This document shows positions 53,202 through 62,216 of a stretch of 64,000 bases of DNA, one piece after another. Source of the stretch: an uncultured Alphaproteobacteria bacterium (GTDB lineage Bacteria; Pseudomonadota; Alphaproteobacteria; Rhizobiales; Aestuariivirgaceae). The notes below the pieces were generated by a model, which searched no databases, was not told the DNA's origin, and worked only from the letters and a program-made list of their open reading frames with translations. The position numbers were made by a program, and so were the translations under genes. The first letter of the stretch is position 1. The number at the start of each line of letters is the position of its first letter. The stretch lies in the NCBI GenBank assembly GCA_963775095.1, contig CAVZHN010000015.1, positions 173,547 to 237,546 on the forward strand. The letters are read 5' to 3'.

Positions 53202-53564
53202 CTAGAGGTTTCGCCAGTAAACGAAGGTGAAGGCCCCCTTGAGGGCGAAAAGCAGGACCGGCAAGCCGATGAGCAGGAAATCCTCGGTGTTGTTGAGGCC
53301 GACCTGGGCGATCAGTGGCAGCGACATCGCCACGACCAGGGCATCGAGGATGACCAGGGTGAGGAAAGCGCCCTTCCGCACCTTCATCTTCCCCCACAGG
53401 GCGCCGATCACCACCACGTTGAGAAGCGCCAGCCCGCCGGGGATAACGGCGAGCGGCGCCGCGAAAATCGCACCCCCGATGCCGCTGCCCGCGAAAATCG
53501 TCAGCGCGCAGCCACCAGCGAACAGCACGATGATGGCGCACAGGATGGTGAGAAGGATTTTCAT
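53202..53564 (-). CDS. Small membrane protein with LFAGGC motif (paralog 1)
   Basis: 120 aa, MK plus hydrophobic leader ending in Cys19, further TM segments; ATGA overlap with the radical SAM stop. Confidence 0.8.
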   Translation of the reverse strand: MKILLTILCAIIVLFAGGCALTIFAGSGIGGAIFAAPLAVIPGGLALLNVVVIGALWGKMKVRKGAFLTLVILDALVVAMSLPLIAQVGLNNTEDFLLIGLPVLLFALKGAFTFVYWRNL

Positions 53565-54973
53565 GCCGCGCCCTTCGACCGCGCCATGCGCTTGCGTGCC
53601 GCTTCGTCGCGGTAGAACAGGTTGTAGGTTTCGAACGGAATGATCTGCCCCGCCGGTGTCACGAAATGGATGCAGGACCGCTTGACGCGGCTCAAACAGA
53701 AATTATGCGCGTCCATGAACTCGACGATGGCAATGCGGAAGATGTTTTCATAACCGAAACCCTCCGGCACCGGCACTTCCGGCAGGCAGCACAGGAGCGC
53801 GTTGAGCTTTTCCGGATTGTTGCATTCCGCCGTGGCCAGCGAGAAGAAATTGAGCACCTGCTTGTGCAGGTCCGGGAACTTCTCGAAGGTGATGGCGTTG
53901 GGCAGCGCCTCTACCAGCATGTCTTTCGGAAAGAACGAAGTGATCGGCGCGATCCTGTCGCCCTTCCGCAGCGCATAGCCGATGGCGATCGATTCCGGAT
54001 TGCACGGCAAGGGAATGATGTCGCCCTCGCCGAACGGGGTTTTCGCTGCGATGATCTTGCGGCGAATGTCGGAGAGCACGATGCGGTCGGTGCCCGGGTC
54101 GAAATTCTCGTTCCGCCCCGCATCCTGGATCGGCTGGAAGGTGATGCCGCGCACGCATTTCCATTGGAGCGCATAGTTGATGATGTCGCCCAACTCGTCG
54201 TCATTCACCCCGGCCTTCACCACGACAACCAGCGTTGTCGAAATCGATTCCCGTTCAAGGGCTTCCAGCGCTTCCCTGCGAATCCGCGTGAGGTCGGCGC
54301 CGCGCAAGGTCTTGTGAACCGAAGCCCTTAGCGAGTCGAATTGCAGGTAGACTTCAAAACCCGGAGTCAAAGTCTTGAGCTGACTCACGAATTCCGGGTC
54401 CTGGGCGATGCGGATGCCGTTGGTGTTGAGCATCAAATGCCGTATCGGCCGGGCCTTGGCGGCTTTCAGAATGTCGATGATCTGCGGATGAATGGTCGGC
54501 TCGCCACCGGAAATTTGCAAAAGGTCAGGCTCGCCCTCGCTGGCCACCAGCGCATCCATCATGCGCTCGATTTCGGCCAAGGGCCGGTGCGCCGTGTGGG
54601 CCGTCGAACTGCCGGCAAAACACACCGGGCACGTCAGGTTGCAGGCCTCGTTGATGTCGATGAGGGCGAGGCAGGAATGCTGTTCATGGTCCGGGCACAG
54701 CCCGCAATCATAGGGACAGCCCTCCTCGGTACGGGTCTGCGGCGCCAGAGGCCGGTCGCCGGGCTTCAGGTAGTCGTGGCACAACTTGTAGTAGTTGATG
54801 TCGGTCGAAACCAGGCTCTTCTCCACACCATGGGTGCGGCAGCGCTTCTGGTACCACACCTTGCCGTCGTCGAAGATGATCTTGGCCGGAACCAGCGCCA
54901 GGCACTGCGAGCACAGTGACGTCGTTTGCCCATAGAACACATAGGGCGCGATCTTACGGATGGGGGCGTTCAC
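53561..54973 (-). CDS. Radical SAM protein, Tes/GDGT-MAS (MJ0619)-like family
   Basis: CSQC...CRTH, CPYDCGLCPDH, CNLTCPVCFA (CxxxCxxC), SGGEPT, NTNG, YLQFD, C-terminal CC and RSCIH. Confidence 0.88.
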   Translation of the reverse strand: MNAPIRKIAPYVFYGQTTSLCSQCLALVPAKIIFDDGKVWYQKRCRTHGVEKSLVSTDINYYKLCHDYLKPGDRPLAPQTRTEEGCPYDCGLCPDHEQHSCLALIDINEACNLTCPVCFAGSSTAHTAHRPLAEIERMMDALVASEGEPDLLQISGGEPTIHPQIIDILKAAKARPIRHLMLNTNGIRIAQDPEFVSQLKTLTPGFEVYLQFDSLRASVHKTLRGADLTRIRREALEALERESISTTLVVVVKAGVNDDELGDIINYALQWKCVRGITFQPIQDAGRNENFDPGTDRIVLSDIRRKIIAAKTPFGEGDIIPLPCNPESIAIGYALRKGDRIAPITSFFPKDMLVEALPNAITFEKFPDLHKQVLNFFSLATAECNNPEKLNALLCCLPEVPVPEGFGYENIFRIAIVEFMDAHNFCLSRVKRSCIHFVTPAGQIIPFETYNLFYRDEAARKRMARSKGAA

Positions 54974-55667
54974 GGGGTCCTCCGATCATCGCAACCGAAT
55001 AAATCACGAGTCCCGCGCAAATGAAATGGAAGAGATTGAAGGGCCCGAGAACCGTGCCATAGGGCTTGAGGAATTCCCACAGGAAGCGCTGGGCGCCGTA
55101 GTAACCGGCCAGCAGATAGAAGCCGTTGCTCATGAAGAATCGCTGCCGGCGGCCAAGCATGATGAGAGAAAAAACCAGGAACGCCGCCATGGCGAAGCTT
55201 TCATAAAGCTGCACCGGATGGCGGGGAATGCCATCGCCGAAATCATAGCCCCACGGAAGCGCGGTGGCGATGCCGTGGGTCTGGTCGTCGAGCCCTGACA
55301 GGAAGCAACCCCAGCGGCCTACCATCACGCTTGTCGCAAACGCCGGCACGAAAATAAGCCCCGTCGACCCTTTGATGCCGGAATACCGCTTAAAGACTTC
55401 GATTGCCACAATCGCCCCGGCCAGCGCCCCCACGATACTGCGGCCCACACCCGGCGCACCCGTGAGCCACAGGTTGAGGCTCCCTGCCCCGAACCCGCCA
55501 GCCACCGCCCCAAGGATCAGCGCCAAGGCGTAGGCATAGCCTGCGCTTTCAATCCGTGCTGAAGCTTCCGCCAGCCGCCAGCGATAGGCGGCAAATGTCA
55601 TGGCCATCGCTGCCGCCGCCGAAAACAGATCAAAGAGTGTGTGGACGATCATGACAACAGGTATCAC
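54954..55667 (-). CDS. Divergent prolipoprotein diacylglyceryl transferase (Lgt) family protein
   Basis: GRWGCF, LPWG, RHPVQLYES, RFLWEF; GRSIVGAL replaces the canonical GMSFHGG. Confidence 0.88.
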   Translation of the reverse strand: MIPVVMIVHTLFDLFSAAAAMAMTFAAYRWRLAEASARIESAGYAYALALILGAVAGGFGAGSLNLWLTGAPGVGRSIVGALAGAIVAIEVFKRYSGIKGSTGLIFVPAFATSVMVGRWGCFLSGLDDQTHGIATALPWGYDFGDGIPRHPVQLYESFAMAAFLVFSLIMLGRRQRFFMSNGFYLLAGYYGAQRFLWEFLKPYGTVLGPFNLFHFICAGLVIYSVAMIGGPRERPHP

Positions 55668-55739
55668 GGCGAAGACAAATGGCGTTACCGGATTCCCGAG
55701 AAACGATAGCGCGATTGAGACAGATTAGTCGCCGGTTTT

Positions 55740-55755
55740 TTAATGGTATTTTATC
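55740..55755. promoter_or_regulatory. CtrA-like box in the divergent lgt-like / GGDEF-EAL promoter
   Basis: TTAA-TGGTATT-TTATC, one mismatch to TTAA-N7-TTAAC. Confidence 0.45.
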
Positions 55756-55792
55756 GTGCCCTCGTCAAAACTGCCCGAAAGAGGCGTCTTGA

Positions 55793-57943
55793 ATGCTTAG
55801 ACTCGACAGCTGGAAGTTCCTGCTTATCGTGGCGCTGCCGCTGGCGGTCGCGACTTTGGCGGTCAGCATCTTCACCTTTGACCTCATGTCGCGCGTGACG
55901 ACTGGCGCCAACCAGGCGGATCACGAAAAGACCCAGCAGATCGTGTTGTCGGCACTAAACGCCGCCCAGCAGCAGATTGCCAATATGGCCACCGATAACT
56001 CCTACTGGGACGACGCCGTCCGCCAGTTTTATGCAAAAGACCTCGACGAAGACTGGGTAGCCGAAAGCTATGGGGTGCCCACCGAAGATGGCGTGAACTA
56101 TCACCTGATGCTGCTGGTCGATAGGGCAATGCCTGAAGCAGTGACCGGATACCGCGCCGGCGAGCAATTTCGTCCCAATCTCAGTACTTATTTCAAATCC
56201 GGCCTGCTTGGCTTGATCGCACCATTGCCGTCCAACCTGGTTGATCACGCTTCCCGCGGGGCCCTGATGCAGACCGCCGACGGAATTGCCGTGGTTGCGG
56301 CCGCGCCGATCGTGCCCACCTCCGAAGACGTCAAGGTCGAAGCGAAGGAAGCCCGCTACCTCGTCTTTGCCCGTTTCCTGAACGAAGACGTGCTCCGGCA
56401 GATCGGCGACCAATATGTGCTCCAGGATCTGAAGCTGCTGCCCCTCGAGGAAGCCCCTTCCGGCGCCACTCTCCTGCAAGGTTTCGACGGCCAGCCGGTG
56501 GCCGCCGTCGCCTGGAAGGAGAGCCGGCCGGGCGACGCCGCATTTCGCTCGGTATCGCTGCTGGCGGTGGTGGCGCTCGGCATTCTCGCCGCTGTCATGT
56601 TCGGTATCGGACTTCTGTGCTGGCGGCTCTTCCGCGACATTGGCAGGAGGGAGCGCACGTCCCGCCACGCGGCACTCCACGACAACCTGACCGGCCTGCC
56701 CAATCGCGCCGGGCTGGTGCAGCATCTGCATGCGAAACTTGCAGAAGGAAACGAACTTGCCCTGGCATTCGCCGACCTCGACGGCTTCAAGGAGGTCAAC
56801 GATACCTACGATCACGAGACCGGCGACACTCTCATCCGCGCCGTGGCCGAAGGCATGCGCTATCTGGGAACCGGCGACGCCTTTGTTGCCCGGCTTGGCG
56901 GCGACGAATTCGTCGCTGTATTCACTGGCCAGGCCGCAGACACCCAGGTCGAGAAGTTCTCGTCAAACCTGATTTCATTGCTGCACACTCCATTCGACCT
57001 CGATGGCCGCCACGCTGCGGTCGGTGTCAGCATTGGAATCGCCCATGCAGGCACCGGGTTGACGGTTACCGAAGTCATGCGGCGGTCCGATGTCGCCATG
57101 TATGAGGCAAAGCGCCTCGGCAAGAACCGCGCGGTGGTCTACGAGCCAGCCATAGACAGCGCGCGGATTGCCAGTGCGGACATTGCCAGACACTTGAAGC
57201 AATTCATCGGCGACGGGACGATGGCCATCGCCTATCAGCCTATCGTATCCTCGGAGACCGGGCAAATCGTCGCCGTCGAAGCCCTGGCGCGCTGGCCAGC
57301 CGGTTTGCAGCCCACCGTGACACCCGACCGGTTTGTTGCCGTTGCCGAATCAAGCGGCCTCATTGATGAACTCGGCGAGGCCATCCTGCGCCGCGCCTGC
57401 ACCGATGCCGCGGGTTGGGGTGAGTTGCGGCTCAGTGTAAACGTTTCGCCGGTCCAGCTCCGCGACCCGGATTTCGTGACGCGGGTGCTCAAGGTCCTTG
57501 GCCAAACCGGCTTCAGCCCTGAGCGCCTCGAACTTGAAGTTACCGAAAGCGTGGTTCTTGACGACTTCGAGCGGACCCGCCGGCAATTTGCCGCCTTGCA
57601 CGCCGCCGGCATCGCCATTGCTCTCGACGACTTCGGAACCGGTTTCTCGAGCATCGGCTACTTGCGCAAACTGCAGTTCGACAGAATCAAGATCGACCGC
57701 TCCATCACCTCGAAAATACTGAGCAGCGTGACCGAACAGCAGATCGTCCAGGGTACGGTCCTGATGGCCTCGGCACTAACCGCCAGCGTCACCGCCGAAG
57801 GCGTGGAGCAGCGCGCCTCGATACAGATACTGCGGCTTGCCGGTTGCCGCGAGCTACAGGGCTTTTATTTCCACAAGCCGATGACGGCGCAAATGATCGG
57901 CATGTTGCTGAGCGCACCGCAGACGGCAGCGTTGGCAGGCTAG
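55793..57943 (+). CDS. Membrane-bound CHASE4-GGDEF-EAL c-di-GMP enzyme
   Basis: TM, DNSYWDDA periplasmic domain, TM, HDNLTGLPNR, DLDGFKEVND, RLGGDEF, VEALARW, DDFGTGFSS, EGVE, QGFYF. Confidence 0.95.
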   Translation: MLRLDSWKFLLIVALPLAVATLAVSIFTFDLMSRVTTGANQADHEKTQQIVLSALNAAQQQIANMATDNSYWDDAVRQFYAKDLDEDWVAESYGVPTEDGVNYHLMLLVDRAMPEAVTGYRAGEQFRPNLSTYFKSGLLGLIAPLPSNLVDHASRGALMQTADGIAVVAAAPIVPTSEDVKVEAKEARYLVFARFLNEDVLRQIGDQYVLQDLKLLPLEEAPSGATLLQGFDGQPVAAVAWKESRPGDAAFRSVSLLAVVALGILAAVMFGIGLLCWRLFRDIGRRERTSRHAALHDNLTGLPNRAGLVQHLHAKLAEGNELALAFADLDGFKEVNDTYDHETGDTLIRAVAEGMRYLGTGDAFVARLGGDEFVAVFTGQAADTQVEKFSSNLISLLHTPFDLDGRHAAVGVSIGIAHAGTGLTVTEVMRRSDVAMYEAKRLGKNRAVVYEPAIDSARIASADIARHLKQFIGDGTMAIAYQPIVSSETGQIVAVEALARWPAGLQPTVTPDRFVAVAESSGLIDELGEAILRRACTDAAGWGELRLSVNVSPVQLRDPDFVTRVLKVLGQTGFSPERLELEVTESVVLDDFERTRRQFAALHAAGIAIALDDFGTGFSSIGYLRKLQFDRIKIDRSITSKILSSVTEQQIVQGTVLMASALTASVTAEGVEQRASIQILRLAGCRELQGFYFHKPMTAQMIGMLLSAPQTAALAG

Positions 57944-57986
57944 CAGCATCTGGCCGGCGTCTCAGGGAGACAGCGGCGCACCGCAG

Positions 57987-60101
57987 CTATTCCTGATGGT
58001 CCAGGGCTTCCTTGATGATCTTGTGCAGATCTTCCCGGCGGTAGGGTTTCATGATGATGAACCCCTCGCGGAACCGCGGCTCTTCCTGGTGCACCATGGC
58101 GCCCTTGGGATAGCCGGAAGTGTGGACGATCTTCAGCCCCGGCCGCATCGAGCGCGCCGCCTGCGCCAGGTCGAAACCATTCATGCCGCCTGGCATGACA
58201 ACGTCCGAGAACATGAGATCGACATCGGGGTTTTCCTGCAGCCTGGCCAGCGCCTGCAGGCCGTCCTCCGCCTCGATCACTTCATAGCCGAAATCCGTGA
58301 GGAAGCCGCAGGCCACGGCCCGCACCGCTTCCTGGTCCTCGACCACCAAGAGCTTGGGCGCCGTCTTCACCGGCAAGGTGAGCGGCGGAGCTTCTTCGAT
58401 GACGGCGGGTTCTGGCGGTAGCGCCGCAACCTCTTCCACCGTCGGCTCAGCTACCGCCGGCATCTCCTCGCCGGCCGCAAACTGGCGCGGCAGATACATC
58501 TTGATGGCCGTGCCGTGGCCGACTTCCGAATAGACGCTGATATGGCCGCCCGACTGCTTGATGAAACCATAGACCATGGCAAGCCCGAGCCCCGAGCCCT
58601 TGCCCGTTTCCTTGGTGGTGAAGAACGGCTGAAAGACTTTCTCCAGCACTTCGGGAGGAATGCCGGTGCCAGTGTCCGAAACCGCCACCATGACATAATG
58701 GCCGGGTTCAACTTCGGGATGCCGCTCGGCATAGGCCTGGTCAAGATAAACAGGCTGCGTCTCGATGGTGAGATGCCCGCCTCTCGGCATGGCGTCACGG
58801 GCATTGATGCACAGATTGAGCACCGCCGACTCGAGCTGCGAAGCGTCGATGATGGCCTTGGGCTCGCCCGCCATGGCATCGACCTTGAGTTCGATGGTTT
58901 CGCCGATGGTGCGCGACAGAAGCGGCGATAGGCCCTTGACCAGATCGTTGATCCGAACCTCGCTGGGCTCCAGCGCCTGCTTGCGGGCGAACGCCAGCAT
59001 TTGCCGCGTCAGGTCGGAGCCCTTGCGCGCCGCATCGATCGCTTCGCCGAGGCGGCGCATGCCGCGCTCGTCGCCATCGATTTTTCCTTCCAGCAGCTGC
59101 AGATTGCCGATCACCACGGTCAGAAGATTGTTGAAATCATGCGCCAGGCCGCCGGTCAGTTGGCCGATGGCTTCCATCTTCTGGGCCTGTTGCAAATTGC
59201 GCTGCGACTGCAGTTTCTCGGTATTGTCAAGGACCTGAACGGTCAATTGCTCGATCTCGCCGTGCTCGTTGCGCACCAGCGCGACCGTTGTCGAACAGCT
59301 GATGGGCTTGCCGTCGGGCAACACAAACCGCAGGTCCTGATAGAAGTTCACCAGCGAGCCCTGAATGAGTTCGCCCACTCCCTTGAGGAAAGCCTGCCGG
59401 TCTTCCCGGTACAGGAGTTCGTCGAACGCCTGAAGGCCGGCTTCCGGCCTGCGCCTTAGCATGGTCCAGAACGCCTGGTTGGCCACCGCGATTTCGCCGG
59501 TGGGGGCGACCAGCGCCATGCCATGCGCCGCTTCCTCGAAGGCGCTCTTGAACCGCCGGTCATCGACCACCGTAACCGCCTGCTCGACCTTGATCGATAC
59601 CGGTTCGGTCAGCACGCAGACCGAGCGCTCGATGCGGCCCTTGTCGCCGCGATAGGCATTCATCGACAGGAGGATTTGCGCCGGCGCTCCATCCTTGCGC
59701 ATGATGGTGAAAACTTCGTCGCGGCATTGGCCGCTCTGCAGATAGGCCGGCATCACCTTCTGCACCAGCCGCGCCCGCAATTCCGGTGCCAGAAGTTCCG
59801 TGAACATGCGGCCTTCGACGTCCGAAAGCTGATACCCCAGCGCCCGCGACCACTGGCTGTTGACCGATGTGATGCGGCCCGACCCATCCATGGCATGCAT
59901 CAGCACCGGCATGTTGTGCAGCAATTGCTCGTAGACCTTGCCGTTCTGATCCGGGAAGAACGGAAGATAGGCCGCGTGCGTCACCGCCGGTCTTTCGATC
60001 TTCCACGTTGGGGCAGACTGGCGCAACTCATCCCAACCCTGGAATGGTTCGGCAAGATTGCTGGTCTTCATCGGCGATGTCATAAAATTGGCCTTTGGCA
60101 A
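57987..60101 (-). CDS. Cytoplasmic PAS-PAS hybrid histidine kinase with C-terminal receiver
   Basis: Two PAS/PAC domains, AHDFNNLL H-box, NLCINARDAM, DTGTG, GSGLGL, receiver VVEDQ...SDVVMPG; start may be 60083 or 60071. Confidence 0.94.
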   Translation of the reverse strand: MPKANFMTSPMKTSNLAEPFQGWDELRQSAPTWKIERPAVTHAAYLPFFPDQNGKVYEQLLHNMPVLMHAMDGSGRITSVNSQWSRALGYQLSDVEGRMFTELLAPELRARLVQKVMPAYLQSGQCRDEVFTIMRKDGAPAQILLSMNAYRGDKGRIERSVCVLTEPVSIKVEQAVTVVDDRRFKSAFEEAAHGMALVAPTGEIAVANQAFWTMLRRRPEAGLQAFDELLYREDRQAFLKGVGELIQGSLVNFYQDLRFVLPDGKPISCSTTVALVRNEHGEIEQLTVQVLDNTEKLQSQRNLQQAQKMEAIGQLTGGLAHDFNNLLTVVIGNLQLLEGKIDGDERGMRRLGEAIDAARKGSDLTRQMLAFARKQALEPSEVRINDLVKGLSPLLSRTIGETIELKVDAMAGEPKAIIDASQLESAVLNLCINARDAMPRGGHLTIETQPVYLDQAYAERHPEVEPGHYVMVAVSDTGTGIPPEVLEKVFQPFFTTKETGKGSGLGLAMVYGFIKQSGGHISVYSEVGHGTAIKMYLPRQFAAGEEMPAVAEPTVEEVAALPPEPAVIEEAPPLTLPVKTAPKLLVVEDQEAVRAVACGFLTDFGYEVIEAEDGLQALARLQENPDVDLMFSDVVMPGGMNGFDLAQAARSMRPGLKIVHTSGYPKGAMVHQEEPRFREGFIIMKPYRREDLHKIIKEALDHQE

Positions 60102-60203
60102 AACTCCGCCTTAACCTATCGGCGTCGCGGTTAATGGAGCCTTGCTGGCGATCATGACTCTGTGCCCGCCGCAAAAATTGATTGGCAACCTCTGAACCTA
60201 TGG

Positions 60204-60219
60204 TTAACCGCCGGTTAAC
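60204..60219. promoter_or_regulatory. Perfect CtrA box upstream of the hybrid kinase
   Basis: TTAA-CCGCCGG-TTAAC, matching on both strands (GTTAACCGCCGGTTAAC); further half-sites at 60111-60134. Confidence 0.7.
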
Positions 60220-62216
60220 GGCTGGCGTTGCCGAGGTGCGGCCGGCCGATGGCTTCCGCCGTCACCCGCGCTCCGAGAAGGCCGTCGTCGCCGCTGGCAT
60301 CCGGCAAGTGGTGAAGTTCCTCCGATAGCGCCACCTGCACGTGGTCCGCACCCATCGCCTCCACCCCGGCCCGCGCCAAGGCTTGCGACTGGCTGCGGGC
60401 CGCGGCCAGCGCCTGGCTGCCGCTGGTGAAGACGGCCACGCCGTCCGGACCATGAACGCGGAACAAGCCGCTGCCGTCGCCCTCGACATTGATCGTCACG
60501 GCATGGGCGACCACGCCGGTTGCCGCACCCACCGCATTGGCCACGTCGAAGAAGGGCGGATAGACGATGTCGCAGCCCAGCCGCTTTCCCACTTCGCCAT
60601 AGAAAACCTTGACCGGCCCACCCACCGCCACAACCGGCAGCGAAGGCGTGAGCCCCACTTGCACCAGGCCGAGTTGGCCGGTGCCCGAACACACCGCATC
60701 GGCCAGCGGATGACCCGAGAAGCTCTGGCCAAAAGCTGCATCCAGAATGACCCGGCAGGTCTTGGCCACCGTCTCGCTCCACACCGCGCGGCAGAAGCTT
60801 TCGGCCCGTGCCGCGTCCGCCGCCCGCATGTCGCGGAACCGCGCCAACAGCCGCGCCGCCAGCATGGCGCCCTCGGCATTCCAATTGTCCTGCAGGCCAA
60901 GCACATGCGCCGCGTCGGATGGCGTGAAGGCGCCAACCTGCACCAGCCCCTTGCGCCGGAGAGAGGCGATGGCCCGTTGCGCCGCCGATGACACCGCGAT
61001 CTTGCGCATCGCCACCGGCCGCTCGCCAACCAACGCCAGAACTTCCGCTTCCCGTGCCGTGAGTTCCGATTTCAGTGGCGCAGCTGATCCGAAGGGCCGC
61101 AGCACGAAGCGGCCATGCAACGAGCCGCCGTCGGTGTCGGCAAGATCGGCTTCCAGCAGGCTGATGGTTTCCGGATAACGCGCCGCCAGCAGCGAAATCG
61201 GCGCCGCTTTCTGGGTGCCCACCTCGATCTTGCCATTGAGTCCGACAATGATTTCGCTATCGCCGCCAAGCCCGATGGTCTTGACGTCGATGGCCTTCAC
61301 CATGGTGCGCCAGCCGCCGACTTCGGCACCTTCTTCGGCAACCCGCGGGCGTCCGTGTTGCAGAATGCCGAGATCCGTGGTGGTGCCGCCCATGTCGGAC
61401 ATGATGAAATCCGTGGCGCCCGAAAGCCAAGCCGCCCCGACCAGACTGGCCGCCGGGCCCGACAGCACCGTCTCGATCGGCCTGAGCGCCACGCGCTCCG
61501 CCAGCGCCAGCGTGCCGTCGCCTTTGACCACCATCAGCGGGCAATCGATATTGAGTTCCGCCATCGACCGGCGCACCGCCTGGATCAGCATGGAAATGCG
61601 CGAGATGAGCCTGGCATTGAGCACCGCCGTGAGCGCCCGGCGCGGCGCATCAAGCGCCGATGTCAGTTCCGTCGACAGCGTTACCGGCTTGCCGGTCTCC
61701 TCGGCAATGATGTCTCGCGCCCGGTGTTCATGCGCCGGGTTTCTGACCGCGAAGGCCGAGGCGATGGCAAAGGCATCGCTGGTCATCGCTTTCACGGCAG
61801 CTCGCAGGGCCGATTCGTCCAAGCGCCATGACAGCGTCGCCATTGTGATCATGCCCGCCGCCGATCAAGGCGACCGGCATGCCCGGAAACGCCTTGGCAA
61901 GGCCGACGCGATCCGCCATCGCCTGATCGAAACCGATGAGTACCGCGCCCACTTGCGAGCCATGGCCTTCGACCACTGCATTGGTGGCGAGCGTTGTCGA
62001 CACCGACACCAGCGAGATATCCTGTGGCCGGAGCCCGGCCGGCAGTTTGCCGATGGCCGCCGTGATCGCGTCGGTGACGCCAATCGCCAGATCGCCCTTG
62101 GTGGTCAGCGCCTTGGCCGAAGCAATGACCTGGTGATTGGCGGCGTTGATTACCGCCGCGTCGGTATAGGTGCCGCCGGTATCGACGCCGATGAGATAGC
62201 TGGGTTTAGCGTTCAT
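60215..62216 (-). CDS. Hydantoinase/oxoprolinase family protein (A-subunit-like); extra base at about 61820
   Basis: IGVDTGGTYTDA, STTLATNAVVEG, SGPAASLVGA, DMGGTTTD, GLGGDS, VANAVGAA. Confidence 0.92.

Noticed and set aside
52459-53564. Three small ORFs as frameshift fragments of one gene
   Set aside because: Each has its own coupled start/stop and its own copy of the LFxGGC motif, which fits paralogs rather than pieces
53561-54973. Radical SAM as MoaA, PqqE or a SPASM maturase
   Set aside because: Extra N-terminal CxxC/CxxH and CxxxCGLCxxH motifs, and no molybdopterin or PQQ context or typical SPASM Cys spacing
57987-60101. Naming the hybrid kinase cckA
   Set aside because: Similar H-box but no N-terminal TM helices or usual flagellar/recA context; many paralogs share this architecture
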